Source of the DNA: Auanema rhodensis | Taxonomy: Eukaryota; Animalia; Nematoda | Assembly: GCA_964057225.1 (NCBI GenBank) | Contig: OZ059896.1 | Location: 9,672,001-9,736,000 of the forward strand | Direction: 5' to 3' | Length of the DNA: 64,000 bases | Shown: piece after piece, positions 25,094-38,132 of the stretch | Numbering within the stretch: the stretch's first letter is position 1 | How the letters are laid out: each line of letters opens with the position of its first letter | The notes under the pieces: model-generated | The model's input: only the letters and a program-made list of their open reading frames with translations | Database searches by the model: none | What the model was told of the DNA's origin: nothing | Program-made: the position numbers and the translations under genes

Positions 25094-28000
25094 ATGGATC
25101 GTGGTGAAATAATTCCAGAAGTGGCTTTGAGCAATAGTAATTATCGCATTACTCGTAAAAGAGATTCTAGCGTAGTTTCAGTTTCGTATTGTATGATATT
25201 GCAAATAAATTAGAGTATTTAGCCTCATAATAATTGTGCCAAGAGGGATCACATCATGATGCACAATGAGCCGGATGGTCCTGTACATAAAAAAATCGCT
25301 AAAAAAATTGAGAAACGTCAATGTACAAAAACCTGCCATTCTGTGCCTAATTTGTGAATTTGTAGCGGTTATTATATTAGACGAAGATGATCAGGTCATA
25401 GATTCTACAACTCCAACAAAAACAAAACCTAGCAACAACAGTGATAACTTTAATGAAATCCACCAAAAGGTTTGAGAAGTTCTATAATTTTGTTTTCACT
25501 ATTGCTTTTCTAATATGTAAATGATTAATTTTCTGGTATCGATTACACCTAGAAGACATGCCAGTACTTACTATAGTGCTGAATCCTCACCGTTAAAGGT
25601 AATTGAAGGGAAATTTTTATTCTAAATTGGCATTTCAGGCGGGACCTTCAACAAGTACAGAACTCACACAAGTCGATCAAGTTTTTTTGGATTCAGGAGG
25701 GGAAGAGGTATTTTACTTTTTATTACCTGTGAACAAATGATTTCAGCATTCTTTTGTGAGTTCTACGATGAGTGATTCTATTCCCGAGGTACTGTGGTGT
25801 CTTATTTTTATTAATAACAGTTGATAATAGAAAATGAAATGTGATACACTCTCTCCTTCAATTTCTGAGCCTTGCTCATCAGAGAGTGGAAGGTTAGTGG
25901 TTTTTTTTATTTTGAATTTATTTGTACTATTTTTTAGCTGGGGTTCACCGTATAAGTGTGTTGATATACATTCAAATGAGAGCAGGATGGCAATAATAAA
26001 GTCAATCATATCTAGATCTACGTTTAGTTAGTTTTCTGTGTTATATATATTGATAATTTAATTATTTTGCAGAAATGTTACCCGACCTCAATAAAGCAAT
26101 GCACACAGATTATAAATATTTCATTCACAGTAAAGGTATTTTACGATTTAATTCGATTAGCTTAATATGTATTTTTAAGATCAGGAAGATCCTTATAAAC
26201 CATATCCTTTTACTCCTAAAAATAAAGTCCTACTGTATCGTTAAATTTATAATGTTTTTAAAATTTATTTTTTTTTAGATTTGACGAAGAAGGTTTTGTG
26301 AAATTGCCTTGGTCTATCTCCAATATAACAAATGGACAACGAAATCATGTAGCTATCGCTAAAAGTCTGAGGTGGGTTATGGAAGAAATGAATAGTATAG
26401 ACACACTTTTTGTAAGTTTACATCCAGAATAAAGCTTTGATCTTAGAGTATTAAGGTTGCTATGAGTGAATACTCTGATATCGAAGATTTTACCGGTTTA
26501 ATGGAGTATTACGACAGTATTGAAACAGAAGAAGGCCGTAAAAAACTTTTGCGAATTATATCAGGAATCGCTGAGTTAGCTTTGCGAGCAGAGAAAGTCA
26601 TTACCAAGGTTAGTACGTTTACATTTTTGAAAAATTGAAATCGAAGAATGAATTTGCTGAAATATCTGCCGTAAGCGAATTTTATATTTTCAACTTTTTA
26701 ACTTCACACTTACAATAATTTTGAATATTACATGTATCCTTTAGCCCATTTTGATTTCAGCCACTACATACTATGCATTTTCGCTATGAAAAAAAGGATC
26801 AGGCTTCAACATCTGTATCATTAACCCAAGAACAATGTGCGTGTCTTTTAGCTAATGCTTTTCTTTGTACTTTTCCACCTGCTGAAAAAGAGTTCAACTC
26901 GTTTTCGATGCAAGAGTAAGTAATGCTGCTACTATGCTATTATGACAAGATTACGTGTTTAGATTGCTCTCCCATTCTCGGAATTATCTGGCAGCAGAGA
27001 AACTAAAATTTATTTTTGCTTATTTTGAAGTAGAAGAGCACAAGTTTGATAGTGATATTTAGATCTGGTTTTTCAGACTGTTCTTGAAAAAATGCCATCA
27101 GGAGTTATTTCTTTTCGTCGAGTGTTAATCCGTAGAATACCTGATTTCACAGACCTGCCAAATCCAGTAATACCTAACTATTAACACTTTATCTACATAT
27201 CATATTTCTATAGCAAATGCCGTTGCTTGCTTTTGGGGATGGTTGCATTGAAGACTATGATAATTGTCTTCATGTCGATTTTGCCAATCGTTATATAGGT
27301 GGTGGTGTATTGGGATGCGGAGCAGTACAAGTAATCCTTTCTATCCTTTTTCTGTTTTGTGATCAGTGTATTTAAAGGAAGAGATCATGTTTTTGGAAAA
27401 ACCTGAATTAATGATCTCGATGTTGCTTTGTCCAAGAATGAATTCGAGTGAAGCAATTTTCATTGCCGGTGCCCAAAAATATAGCAGTCATACTGGATAC
27501 GGTAAGTATTTGTTTTTGTATCGTTTATATTTCAAAACTTTAGCTAAAAGTTTACGCTGGGTGCCATTTACACCTCTCGAACCTTTTCGAAGGGATAAAT
27601 TTGGGTAGTGTTACATTCTTACAGTTTTGAGTTCTGTAATCTTGTTTAGAAGAATTTATGAAGAAGTGGTCGCCATAGATGCCAAAAGGTGGCCTCAGGG
27701 TGATCCTAGGCAGTATGAAGAATCTGCTATACAAAGAGAACTTGTTAAGGTTATTATTTTATTCTTTACAAAAAAATGTTCATGTATTATTAGTGTCTCG
27801 CTGGCTTTTACACGAATGAGGATTCTAAGCCTGTTCGAATAAAACCAATTGCTACTGGAAATTGGGGATGTGGCGTTTTTGGAGGTGATATAGAATTAAA
27901 ATGTTGGTTTCCTTTTTATATGTTTTAGCTTCTTTTATTACGCTATATTTAGCTCTGATCCAATTAATTGCTGCTGGAGCTGCTAAGAGAACGCTGATAT

Positions 28001-28214
28001 ATGTTCCATTTGATCAAAAAGAATTTCAAAATGACTTTGAAAAGTTGTATACTACTTTAGTTAGTAAAGGTACTACAATTGGTAAGAATAGTGTTTATAC
28101 ATCTGTATATGAAAGTATATTGCTTAAGGTACTCTATATGATATTGTACTAAATTATCATATCTCAAAAAAACGGACACGTTTATTTGACTTCGTAATGG
28201 AACGACTAAAGTAA
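25094..28214 (+). CDS. Poly(ADP-ribose) glycohydrolase (PARG), about 20 short exons
   Basis: SLTQEQCACLLANAFLCTFP, HVDFANRYIGGGVLGCGAVQ|EEIMF catalytic signature, YSSHTGY, VVAIDA, RELVK, IATGNWGCGVFGGD. Confidence 0.95.
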
Positions 28215-30824
28215 AGTGAATGCAAATCTTAACTTATTTTGTTAGTTGTCTTTGTTCTTATTTACCTTCTCGAAAAATAACTCGATTTTCAATGAATCAA
28301 AAAAAAATCCTCCAAAATATTGTATTTACAACATGTCGAAGCTATGCCAGAAAAATTTCGTTGTGACACTGTTCATTATTCTAGTTTTTTTCTGTTTTAT
28401 AAAGGCATTTAATTTCTTTCTCTTCACTATGACGACTTGGGCTATGCTGTGTTTATAGTCAGTTGAATTCAGTGGCACTATTTCTTCGTGAAATTCGCGT
28501 TATTATCACACTTCTTTGCGTTCATCATATGTACACTAACATATCTTTAACCACGCGCTTGTTTCCAAGCAAATCGTGCGGAACATTCTTTAAACTTTTA
28601 TTCCTTTAGCTAACGCTGTCAGCATCTGGCTGTTTTATTAAAGATTTATGCTAACAATTGAATGCTTTATTTCTTTATTATATATTAGGAAGACAAAAAT
28701 AATATGGTACCAAGGTTAAAACAACAATATCCTTTTCAATGTTTCTTCCAAATAGGGTCTTTGCTCAAGAAATAATACTATTTCTTTGTTTACATTGAAG
28801 CCAGTAATCTGCTGTTTTCTTCAAGAAGTTAGTTTCTTGTTATTTCATCCCGTTGAAGCTAATACAGGAAGTAGTGATTCAATTCGTATTTAATAAATTT
28901 TCAGTTAACCTGATCAAGACATTAGAGTGTTTTGAGTTAAGCCGTTACTATTCTTATCTAGAAATTTAAAGCCTCAAATGATTCCAAATATTTGTTCGTT
29001 TACTGCTATCACTCGTTCAATATGTTGATGTTTTATGAAAAAAATGGTATTGTTAGTCCTTTGCTGTTAGAATTACATAGTACTTTCATTATCATGATTC
29101 ATTTAATTCCCTGTTGTCTAGTTCATGTTGATAGTTCAAAGACGATTAGGTTTTGCATAATATACGATGATGCCAAATAATCATGCATCGGGATCATCAT
29201 TTCTGCGTGTTCAATATTTTTCAACAAAAAAATGATCTTTATCTACATCATTAGTCATATGTACAACTTTCATTTTTCTATAATTCCGTATCATAGGTCT
29301 CGTGTTCGAATATTCTACCTAGTGCACTTCAACTTGTAACAAACGGTAAGTCGATACTACTTGCTCTCCCACTTGTAAAAAGAATTCTTATCTAAGTTTA
29401 GTGATAATCATTATCATATGCTTATTTTTGTTATTCTAATCTATGTCCTATATTTCAGTTTCTATGTTTTCAATGCTATTAAATTCTATAGTGTAATTTA
29501 TATTATACTAATCATGTGGATTACTTGACATAACACCCGGCCATTAATTTCAATGATTTCCTTTAAACAATTTACTCAATTCAATATGGTTGCACTATAT
29601 TCTTAATTGCACCTTCATCATGTTTTAACAATATTTCCAAGACAGCGTTTGATCTTTGAAATTGGTGCAGCTTGATATCAAATTTCGATTTACCCTTCGA
29701 CCTTCTACATCATCATCAATTGCCCGTCACCATTTTCCTAGTAACAATCATAAAAACTGGCAAAGAAGAGAGATATGTTGATATCGACTTTCATCTTTGT
29801 CAGCTTTGTTTCTTTGTAAACCACGTTCAGTGAAATGTCCAAAATCGCCTACCCGAGCGAAAACTAGCGAGTGCTTGACGCGCCAGGACCCAAAGTATAC
29901 ACGAGTGGCAAAAGTGTTGTCAGCTGTTCTGAAAGCAGAGTATGTATAGGATGAGATATTTTCCTCTTTTTTCATTTTCCTGAGCCTTATTTCTTCCTTC
30001 TATTTATTCTTTCAAATTATATGTTTATTTTCGCTTCATTCTCATATTTCATTGAGCTCATCTTGTTGTGAGGCAAATTCCTTTTCAAACTATCTCTATG
30101 CTTAACGACAACACAAAAAAGAAAACATTTCAAAGCAATCTCTATAATCCAATGTTGCTTTTCTTGCTTACATGTATTTTCTAATGTTTTAGGTGCACGA
30201 TCGATGAAATGCCAACTTATCGTGATAGTGTTTTCTTATCATATAACGCTTTGCATCTCAATAACAATTGTCTTTGAAAATCAAAAAAATGTGCTTTATC
30301 TTTCCAGAAAAAAAAATATATATATTTACTACTACATCTGGATATTCAACTTGCTCTGAGAGCGTCTCCTTCTCCTCTTACTCGCACTATCTATTAATCC
30401 TCTTTTCCATCGTTATCTTTCTTTTTATTTTATTTTAGTTCACATTATTCTTAACATAAACTTCATTAACAATGTTGGATTGATTTACTTCATTCATTTT
30501 CTAGTGGTCGAAATGTCCTATCAAGTTTCGTTTTTGTTGCATTTATTGTTCTAGTTAGACCAAAAGTTACCGAAAATTTTCGGTTCTACAGAACAAATAG
30601 TTATTGGTAGATGTCCACTATTATATTATAAAGTAACTATTTAAATTCAATTTAAGCATTGCGTTAGAGATTCTATTGAACTTCCCTTCAATTGAAACAA
30701 GACTGAAAAGGAAATTTATGCTATTTTTCGGAAAGTGATCTGGTTGTCATACCATGTCTAAACTTATATTATAATTTAACAACAAATTTCCATTTCGGCG
30801 CATATCGGGCTTATAACAACTTCC

Positions 30825-30865
30825 TATATATATATATATATTATATATATATGCACACATGCACA

Positions 30866-30898
<33 letters not shown>

Positions 30899-30940
30899 CG
30901 TTTTCTCTTTCTAACCGTTGTTTAGTATGGGGTTTATATG

Positions 30941-31000
<60 letters not shown>

Positions 31001-31016
31001 CATATATGTATATATA
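30825..31016. repeat. Compound (AT)n and (CT)n microsatellites
   Basis: (TA)n at about 30825-30852 and 30945-31016; (CT)n at about 30866-30892. Confidence 0.95.
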
Positions 31017-31796
31017 GGGTTTAAAGTTCGAAATCATAATTCATAAACTGTTTGTCTTAATGTCTTTAAAACCACTAATATATTATGTGGAACAGGGAAG
31101 CACATGACAATTGGAGTTGATGCCAAATAACATCATAAACCAACGATTTAGCTATAAGACATGTTCATATATCTATCATCTATATATTATATTTTCTACT
31201 TAAATTCAGTATAATACAATTTTGCGCAGGGTGGTTTTCTTTTCTTTTTTTTTTCCCCAATAATTTAATTATTGAAAAGTGATATGGCTATTATCATTCA
31301 TTAATCATTGAACCTACTGATTTTAATTTTAGCCATGACAATTTTAAAATATTTCTTTCTTTACGTTTATAAAAATTATCTTATCACATACTCTAAGTAT
31401 TCTTGCCTTTTTTTCTCTTCTCTCCGATAATTAAAAATGCTTATTTCTTACTGTGAAGGGAGTTAAGAGCTTCTTGTTCATAGTTTCTCCTAATTTATTT
31501 TACAATGAGTGTATTTAAAACGGAAACGACGATTGGAGAGTAAATGTTGATGAACACACAAAAGAAAACATAAATGCCGATGAACTCAGAAAAATGAAGA
31601 AATATATGTATGTATTACTTACCGGACACACAACAAAAAATTAAAAGGAAATAAGCACAGGAAAATACATTCAGAATAATATTAGTTTCTTAGAAGTAGG
31701 ATATATTATTTGGTTGGTCTAGGGCACTAACCCTTACACAGCTCCGCAAATTTTTGAAAAATTGAACAAGATGATTTAAGGAAACGGAATGGGTAG

Positions 31797-31955
31797 AAAG
31801 CCGATAGAGAGATAGATGTGTAGATAGAGAGAGAGATAGATGGAAACAATAACAAAAATGGGAGAGAGTGGGAGAGAGAAAAAGAAAGGAAGGGGTACGA
31901 GAGAGAGGGAAAAAAGAGGGAGTGAGGGAGGGAGAGATGAGGAAAAAAGAGAAAG
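31797..31955. repeat. Degenerate (GA)n polypurine tract
   Basis: About 160 nt almost entirely G/A on the + strand. Confidence 0.85.
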
Positions 31956-33223
31956 TGGCTAAAAATTCTAATATTGATTGAGAACTCATCGGTGATATAA
32001 AACCAGAACAAATCTAAAACGCCTTATTGCCCCCGAGTCAACTTACTGGATATTCATGAATTCCCGCATATTTGATTGTTCACAAGACGCTTGGTCTGAT
32101 CACTATATATTCAGCGCTTTACACCCTCGGAGAAGATCATATTCATCTTCATATCCTTTTCTTTTATCTTTAAGTTTTCCCATTTTGCTGGTAATTGTGC
32201 TCATATAGAAGATATTAAACATTCTTGTGATCTAATGCTTCTTATCACGGTTAAAACACAAATCTGTTCTCTTTATGATCGTTTTTTCTCAACTTTCGCC
32301 TACATGTCAGATTAGATTCGTTCGTGTTCTTCTTCGTTTTTTTCTCTTTGCAGATGACTTCTCCTGTTTGTTTTTGTGTTCTTAACTATTCATAAGCATT
32401 GGTTGCATTCTTTTAATCTGCAATTGTTGTTCTTTTTACAATTCAAAAATTATTGGTACAGCAAGTGTTGCTCAATTGTATGGGATGAATTTGGTATCAT
32501 ACATATGTATATGTGACTCATGAATTATTCAACTAAATTATTAAATGTTGCCGATTTTATTAACATTATATCAATTTGTTCCTCCTATTTATGCTACTTT
32601 ATCATTAGCTTATATAATAAACATTAATCCACACATTAAATATTTCAAAGTTCATTTTCATTTCTTTTTTATTGTTTCTCTCGTTAATCTTCCTCATTTT
32701 TCTTGTTGATTGAGGTATTTTGATTTTTTCCACATCAACTTGAATCGAACATCAGGTGAAATGCATTTTATTTTCATTGAAGATTTGAAAGGTTTTCATA
32801 AATTGATTACTTCAGTTTATTTTTGAAATATTTTTTTCATTGTTCTTATTTCTCAGTGACTTTCATGTTCATAAATTCTGTCACTTTCAAGAAACCAATG
32901 GGAGACAAAAGATTGTTGTCATGATAAGACTGTTTTACTCACCAAGACAACAATATGAACATCTGAAATAGTCCGACCTTTTGTTTTTCTGAAGACAAGT
33001 TAAGAAAAGTTAGTACTGAGACATTTCTGTTTTTCTAGGTTCAGTGTTTGAGACTTATAATTTTATTCTTGATCTAAAAATAAAAAAAAAAAAGATTTGC
33101 ATTGCTTCTAAGCCTAATGTCTAATGTTCAAAACGTATACGATCTCGAACTCTTCATTTTCATCGTTTTCCCTTTTTTGATTTACAATTTTATTTACATA
33201 AAATATAAATAACTAATTTAGAT

Positions 33224-36200
33224 ATGCGGATATGTACTGTTCTAATAGTCTATAATATAGTCGTAGCGTTTGCTGAAATATCCTCACCTATCGAAGAAAA
33301 ACCGAATGTAATATCAGAGAATGTAACTGTAACAACTGAACAAGCTGTAACAACAACTCAGGTATAATTTTAAAGTCAAATATAAAATCTACTGATTAAA
33401 GAGAGATATTTTGAAGAATATCTTGTGGCATAAAAAAAACCTACATCAATGATAAAAAAAATCACTTAAGTAGTATAAATATATGAATCTAACTATATGA
33501 ATATATGCGTTTATTTTTTTTCATTTCCTATTTCTTTCTCCGTCTGATTAGCTTTATATTAAGAATTCGCTTATATTAAGAAATTTGGTCGGAACGGAGC
33601 ATTTTCCTCATTACTAACTTATTTTTTCAATAATATAGAAAGATATACATTGAGAAAGAAATTTAATTCCAAATGAGATATATGTATAGCGTAATCGAAA
33701 CTTTATAATTCTTTAAGACTTCCATCAAACGAAATAATATTGAAAGGTTGTTTCCGAATTGATTTAAACATTACATGTTCTTTGGCTTTTTTTTTCAAAT
33801 TTGATTCAACTAGTGTTTTTTTTTCTTTTATTATTCTTATACCTCACAGGCACCTATGATTAATAATAGTACTACAATGGTTCGGATGCCAAGCATTTTC
33901 GGAATGAGGGTTGAATTACCTGCTGATGATCCGTTTGGATATGAGTAAGTTAGAAAAATGATTGAGAATGATCTCGAATATATTTTCTAGCAAGCACGGG
34001 GTGTGCATTGTTACTCCCAATGAACCATTTAAAGTAGTAATTTATGGAAATCACTTGGACAAGATTGCTCAATTAATATTCACTTATACTAACAACTGCT
34101 CAGATCCAACTCATGTTGTTGATGCTACAAACAATTTTATAATACATTTCACTCATAAGGTAAAAGCTATTACGAATATACTATTATCATTGTTATTGAA
34201 GGCAACTTTTCAATTAACATTACCTCAAGTTCCTGAAAACGTTCATGCATATAAGATGTGTGTCAGGCCGAAAGGCTTGCAACCGTCACAACCATTCGAG
34301 ATGACAGTGGTAAGCAAAATATTTCTTTTGATAACCAATTTTTATACGGAATTGAATAAAAATTGTTTTCTCCTATAAGCTTCCGTTGAGTATTCTACTG
34401 CTTACAGCTCGAAGATATCTCAACATGGATTACTACAGAAAAACCTCCGAAGGAGTATTTACTACCATTACCACTTCAGGTTTATTTCATTTTGTTTTTC
34501 AAGTTTTTGGAAATATTCTCAAATATTATTTATTAATAATTCTATCATTATAGATTGTTGTTGTATGTGTTCTATTATGCTTATCAGCCTTGTTTTCCGG
34601 TTTGACATTAGGCCTTATGTCATTGACACCTCAAGAATTAGAACTAGTCATGAAAAGTGGTTCTCCTAGTGAACAAAAATATGCTCAAGCTATTTTGCCT
34701 ATTCGAAAAAAAGGTAGAAAATACTAAATAAAGATGTTCTTCGACTAATATAATTTTTAAGGAAATCAGCTTTTATGTGCGCTTTTGATTGGAAATGTCA
34801 TCGTGAACGCCGGAATTTCAATTTTGTTCGGAGAACTAACAACCGGATTATTAGCTCTCGTCATTTCATCTGCCGGTATCGTCATTTTCGGAGAAATCAT
34901 ACCTCAGAGTTTCTGTGTCAAGTATGTTTAATGAAATATAAAGTAAAAAACAGAATTAAATAAAAATTTAGGAAAGGCTTAGCAGTCGGTGCTCATACGA
35001 TATCTGTTACACAGATTATCATGTTTATAACCTGGCCATTAGCTTATCCAATTAGTCGGCTTCTTGACTGTATATTAGGAGAAGAATATGTAAGTTATAA
35101 ACTTTGTTAATACTATATCCAAACTTGGTTTAGCAATCATACGACAGAAAACGTCTGATGGAGCTTATAAGAATGTCTATAAAATCAGACAACGGTCAAT
35201 TATCAAATGAGCTCAAAATCGCTGTTGGTGCCATGGAAATTGCTGACAAAGTTGTAGAAAATGTTATGACTAAAATCTGTGTAAGAATACAATCTAATTT
35301 CTACAATAATATATCGTATTTCAGGATGTATTTATGTTACCAGATACTACTATTCTTAATGCTAGAACTGTAGCAGAAATTGTAAAAATGGGATACACTC
35401 GTATTCCGGTATATTCTGAGGGAGATAAGAATAATGTGACGGATATTTTGTTTGTCAAGGTTCTTACTATCTATTTCTCATAAGCTTTTCTTACTTTATC
35501 ATATTTCTAGGATTTAGCCCTGCTTGATCCAGATGATAATTTCACTATTCGCACTGTTTGTGGATATCATAAACATCCTGTGAAATTTGTTTTTAATGAT
35601 ACTCCATTGAGTATTTTATTAGAAGCTTTCAAGAAGGTTTATTTTTTTGTTTAAAATTCATTATTACTTTGGGGAAATTTATATTTAATTACCTAAGACC
35701 GATTATTACAAAAATAATTACTGTATCATACCTCAATTACCTATTCTTTCAGAAATTAAAAAATCAGGTATGACCTATCTATGTGTAGATCTTAACGAAC
35801 AAACACTTTTATCACAAAATCAACACTATCTAACTTATGGTTTTTTCCGATTTATACAGTCCTGTCAAAAATTTTTCACGATTATTGTAGCTTTTTCATT
35901 CTTTTACTAACAAATTGAGAGCGATTTCTTAACCTGGGCGAAATTATCTGGGCTTTTACAGTGTTCAAGCAAAGTATAACTGAAGCTTTATCATAAATAT
36001 ATCGTATGAAAGTCAATTTTCATGTGTACATTCAGGGCGATGGTCATTTGGCAATGGTAAAGAAGCTTGTGGGCACTGAAGACCATGATCCGTCCTATGA
36101 ACTTGTAGGTGTTGTCACGTTGGAGGATATTGTGGAAGAAATTCTACAGGTTTGCTTAAAAGTCTAACGAGTTTCAAAATACTTTTTAAGGCTGAAATTA

Positions 36201-37864
36201 ACGATGAATTTGATGTTGTATCTGATAATGTAAATAAAGTTAAACGTGAGAAGCAGCAGGTAGGCAGAAAAGTGTGTTTTAACCTTTTTTTTAAATATTG
36301 TAATAATAATATGTTTTCGTTTGCTTTTTCCCCCTACGTTCTCATAAAGCGTAACACTTTGCTGTTTGACTATAAACATATTTAATACACTGCAAGCTTC
36401 TAATCACAACTTTTATATAAAAATTCTTGCAGAACAGTGAACTTGGTAAATTCTTGAATGATAAGGAAGCTCCTCAAGTACAAATTTCCATGCAGGTAAG
36501 TTAAACAAAATTAAAACAAATATAGATAACATATTTAGCAACAAATTGTTGCTCTGCAATGGCTGGTTTCAAATCAAGCTGCTTTCACATCTAAGTTTAT
36601 TGATACAAATGTGTTGGAAAGACTTATCAAAAATAGTGCCAGGAGGGTAATACAAGTTCATGTTTAGATCTATTTTGTTGATGGTTTCTTCAGGTTGATG
36701 TATCTGCGCTCATGGCTATGGCACACGATCAAGTAAATTTACCAAAGCTTGCTCGTCTTTACATCAAAGGAGAAATGAGCGATAGATTCATTCTCATATT
36801 GGAGGGAAGAGTTCAAGTTACTATCGGCCAAGTTAGTGAATATGAACATGTTCATATTAAAACAAAGAAATATTTCAGAGTGGTATGATGTTCGAAGCCG
36901 GTCCTTGGCATTACTTCGGTAATGAGGTTTTAGAAAAATTGGTTCAAGGTGCAGCAACATTATCACGCAGTACATCAATCGTTGGTATGTTACATTACTG
37001 TTAAAATATAAACTTTGGGAAAATCGAATAACCTTCTGTCAATTTGAAGAATGGTCCAACCTGCCAGATCTGGAAAGCAGCCAGTCTGCCATATTGAACA
37101 AAAGTAATATGATTAAGTAATACAAAAAAAAGAAAGTAATATCTTTTGTTTCTCAGCGTTATATGAAGAGCACACATATTTAAATACTAATTATCGATAA
37201 TTTAAAATTAATGAAAAGGTTTCTGAAAGTGATCGACCTAAACAGCGAATAGAGCTTGAATAAAACATCTGGCTCATTTTTCATCATATTGTATAAATTT
37301 AGTAACAGACATCAGTAGGCATGTTATAGATCCATAATATTTTATATTTCAGATATTAATGACCTATCATGTCGCCGTCCTGATCTTATGTTTAATCCTG
37401 ATTATACTGTAGTGGTAAAAGAAGATTGTACTTTCCTGGATGTTAATGTGGCAGCTTACATAAATGCTTTCAAATCATCGTTGATGCAACGAGAACGAGA
37501 GTAAATTAATTCTCTATTTATATTAACTATTTATATCATGATTTGTAGACGGGACGATATGTCATATGATGGTAATTCGCGATCTCCATCACCTATTCGA
37601 AAGAAGAGCGTTGTACCAATAGGAGTATGTGATTTACTATATACAATTAATTAATTACTTTTCTTTAGTCTCCGATACAAGATCCTTCGGCATTATTAGT
37701 TCCTAAGATGCAACAAATGCACGATGCTCGAGAAGCTGTTAAGGTCTTGAATGAACATATGAATCACCATAGCAAGATAGAGGTATTTACTCTTATATTT
37801 CTCACCTACTACTACTTACACATTACAGGAAGAACTAGAGCTTTTACCAAAAGAAGAAGTTTAA
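33224..37864 (+). CDS. cnnm-1: CNNM-family Mg2+ transporter (signal peptide, CNNM/DUF21 TM domain, CBS pair, cNMP-binding-homology domain)
   Basis: [106 protein letters not shown]. Confidence 0.93.
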
Positions 37865-38132
37865 TATAAAAGCCATAAGTTAATTCTCCCTTCGTACGGG
37901 TTCCAAAGTGTTGTATCAAGTTGTTAAGCTATTCTATTTTGACAATAAAAGATCGCCATCGATCTCTAACAAATAAACAATTTTATACCATGATTTACTA
38001 TTGACGACACTAAAATAAAAACAGCAAAAGCTAAGCATGAGTCAGGAAGGAGAAACCGTATGCAGGGTAAAGACCGGAAGATGACAAAATATATCTAATT
38101 GGAAAAAGAGATAAAAGTATGTATATGAGTTT

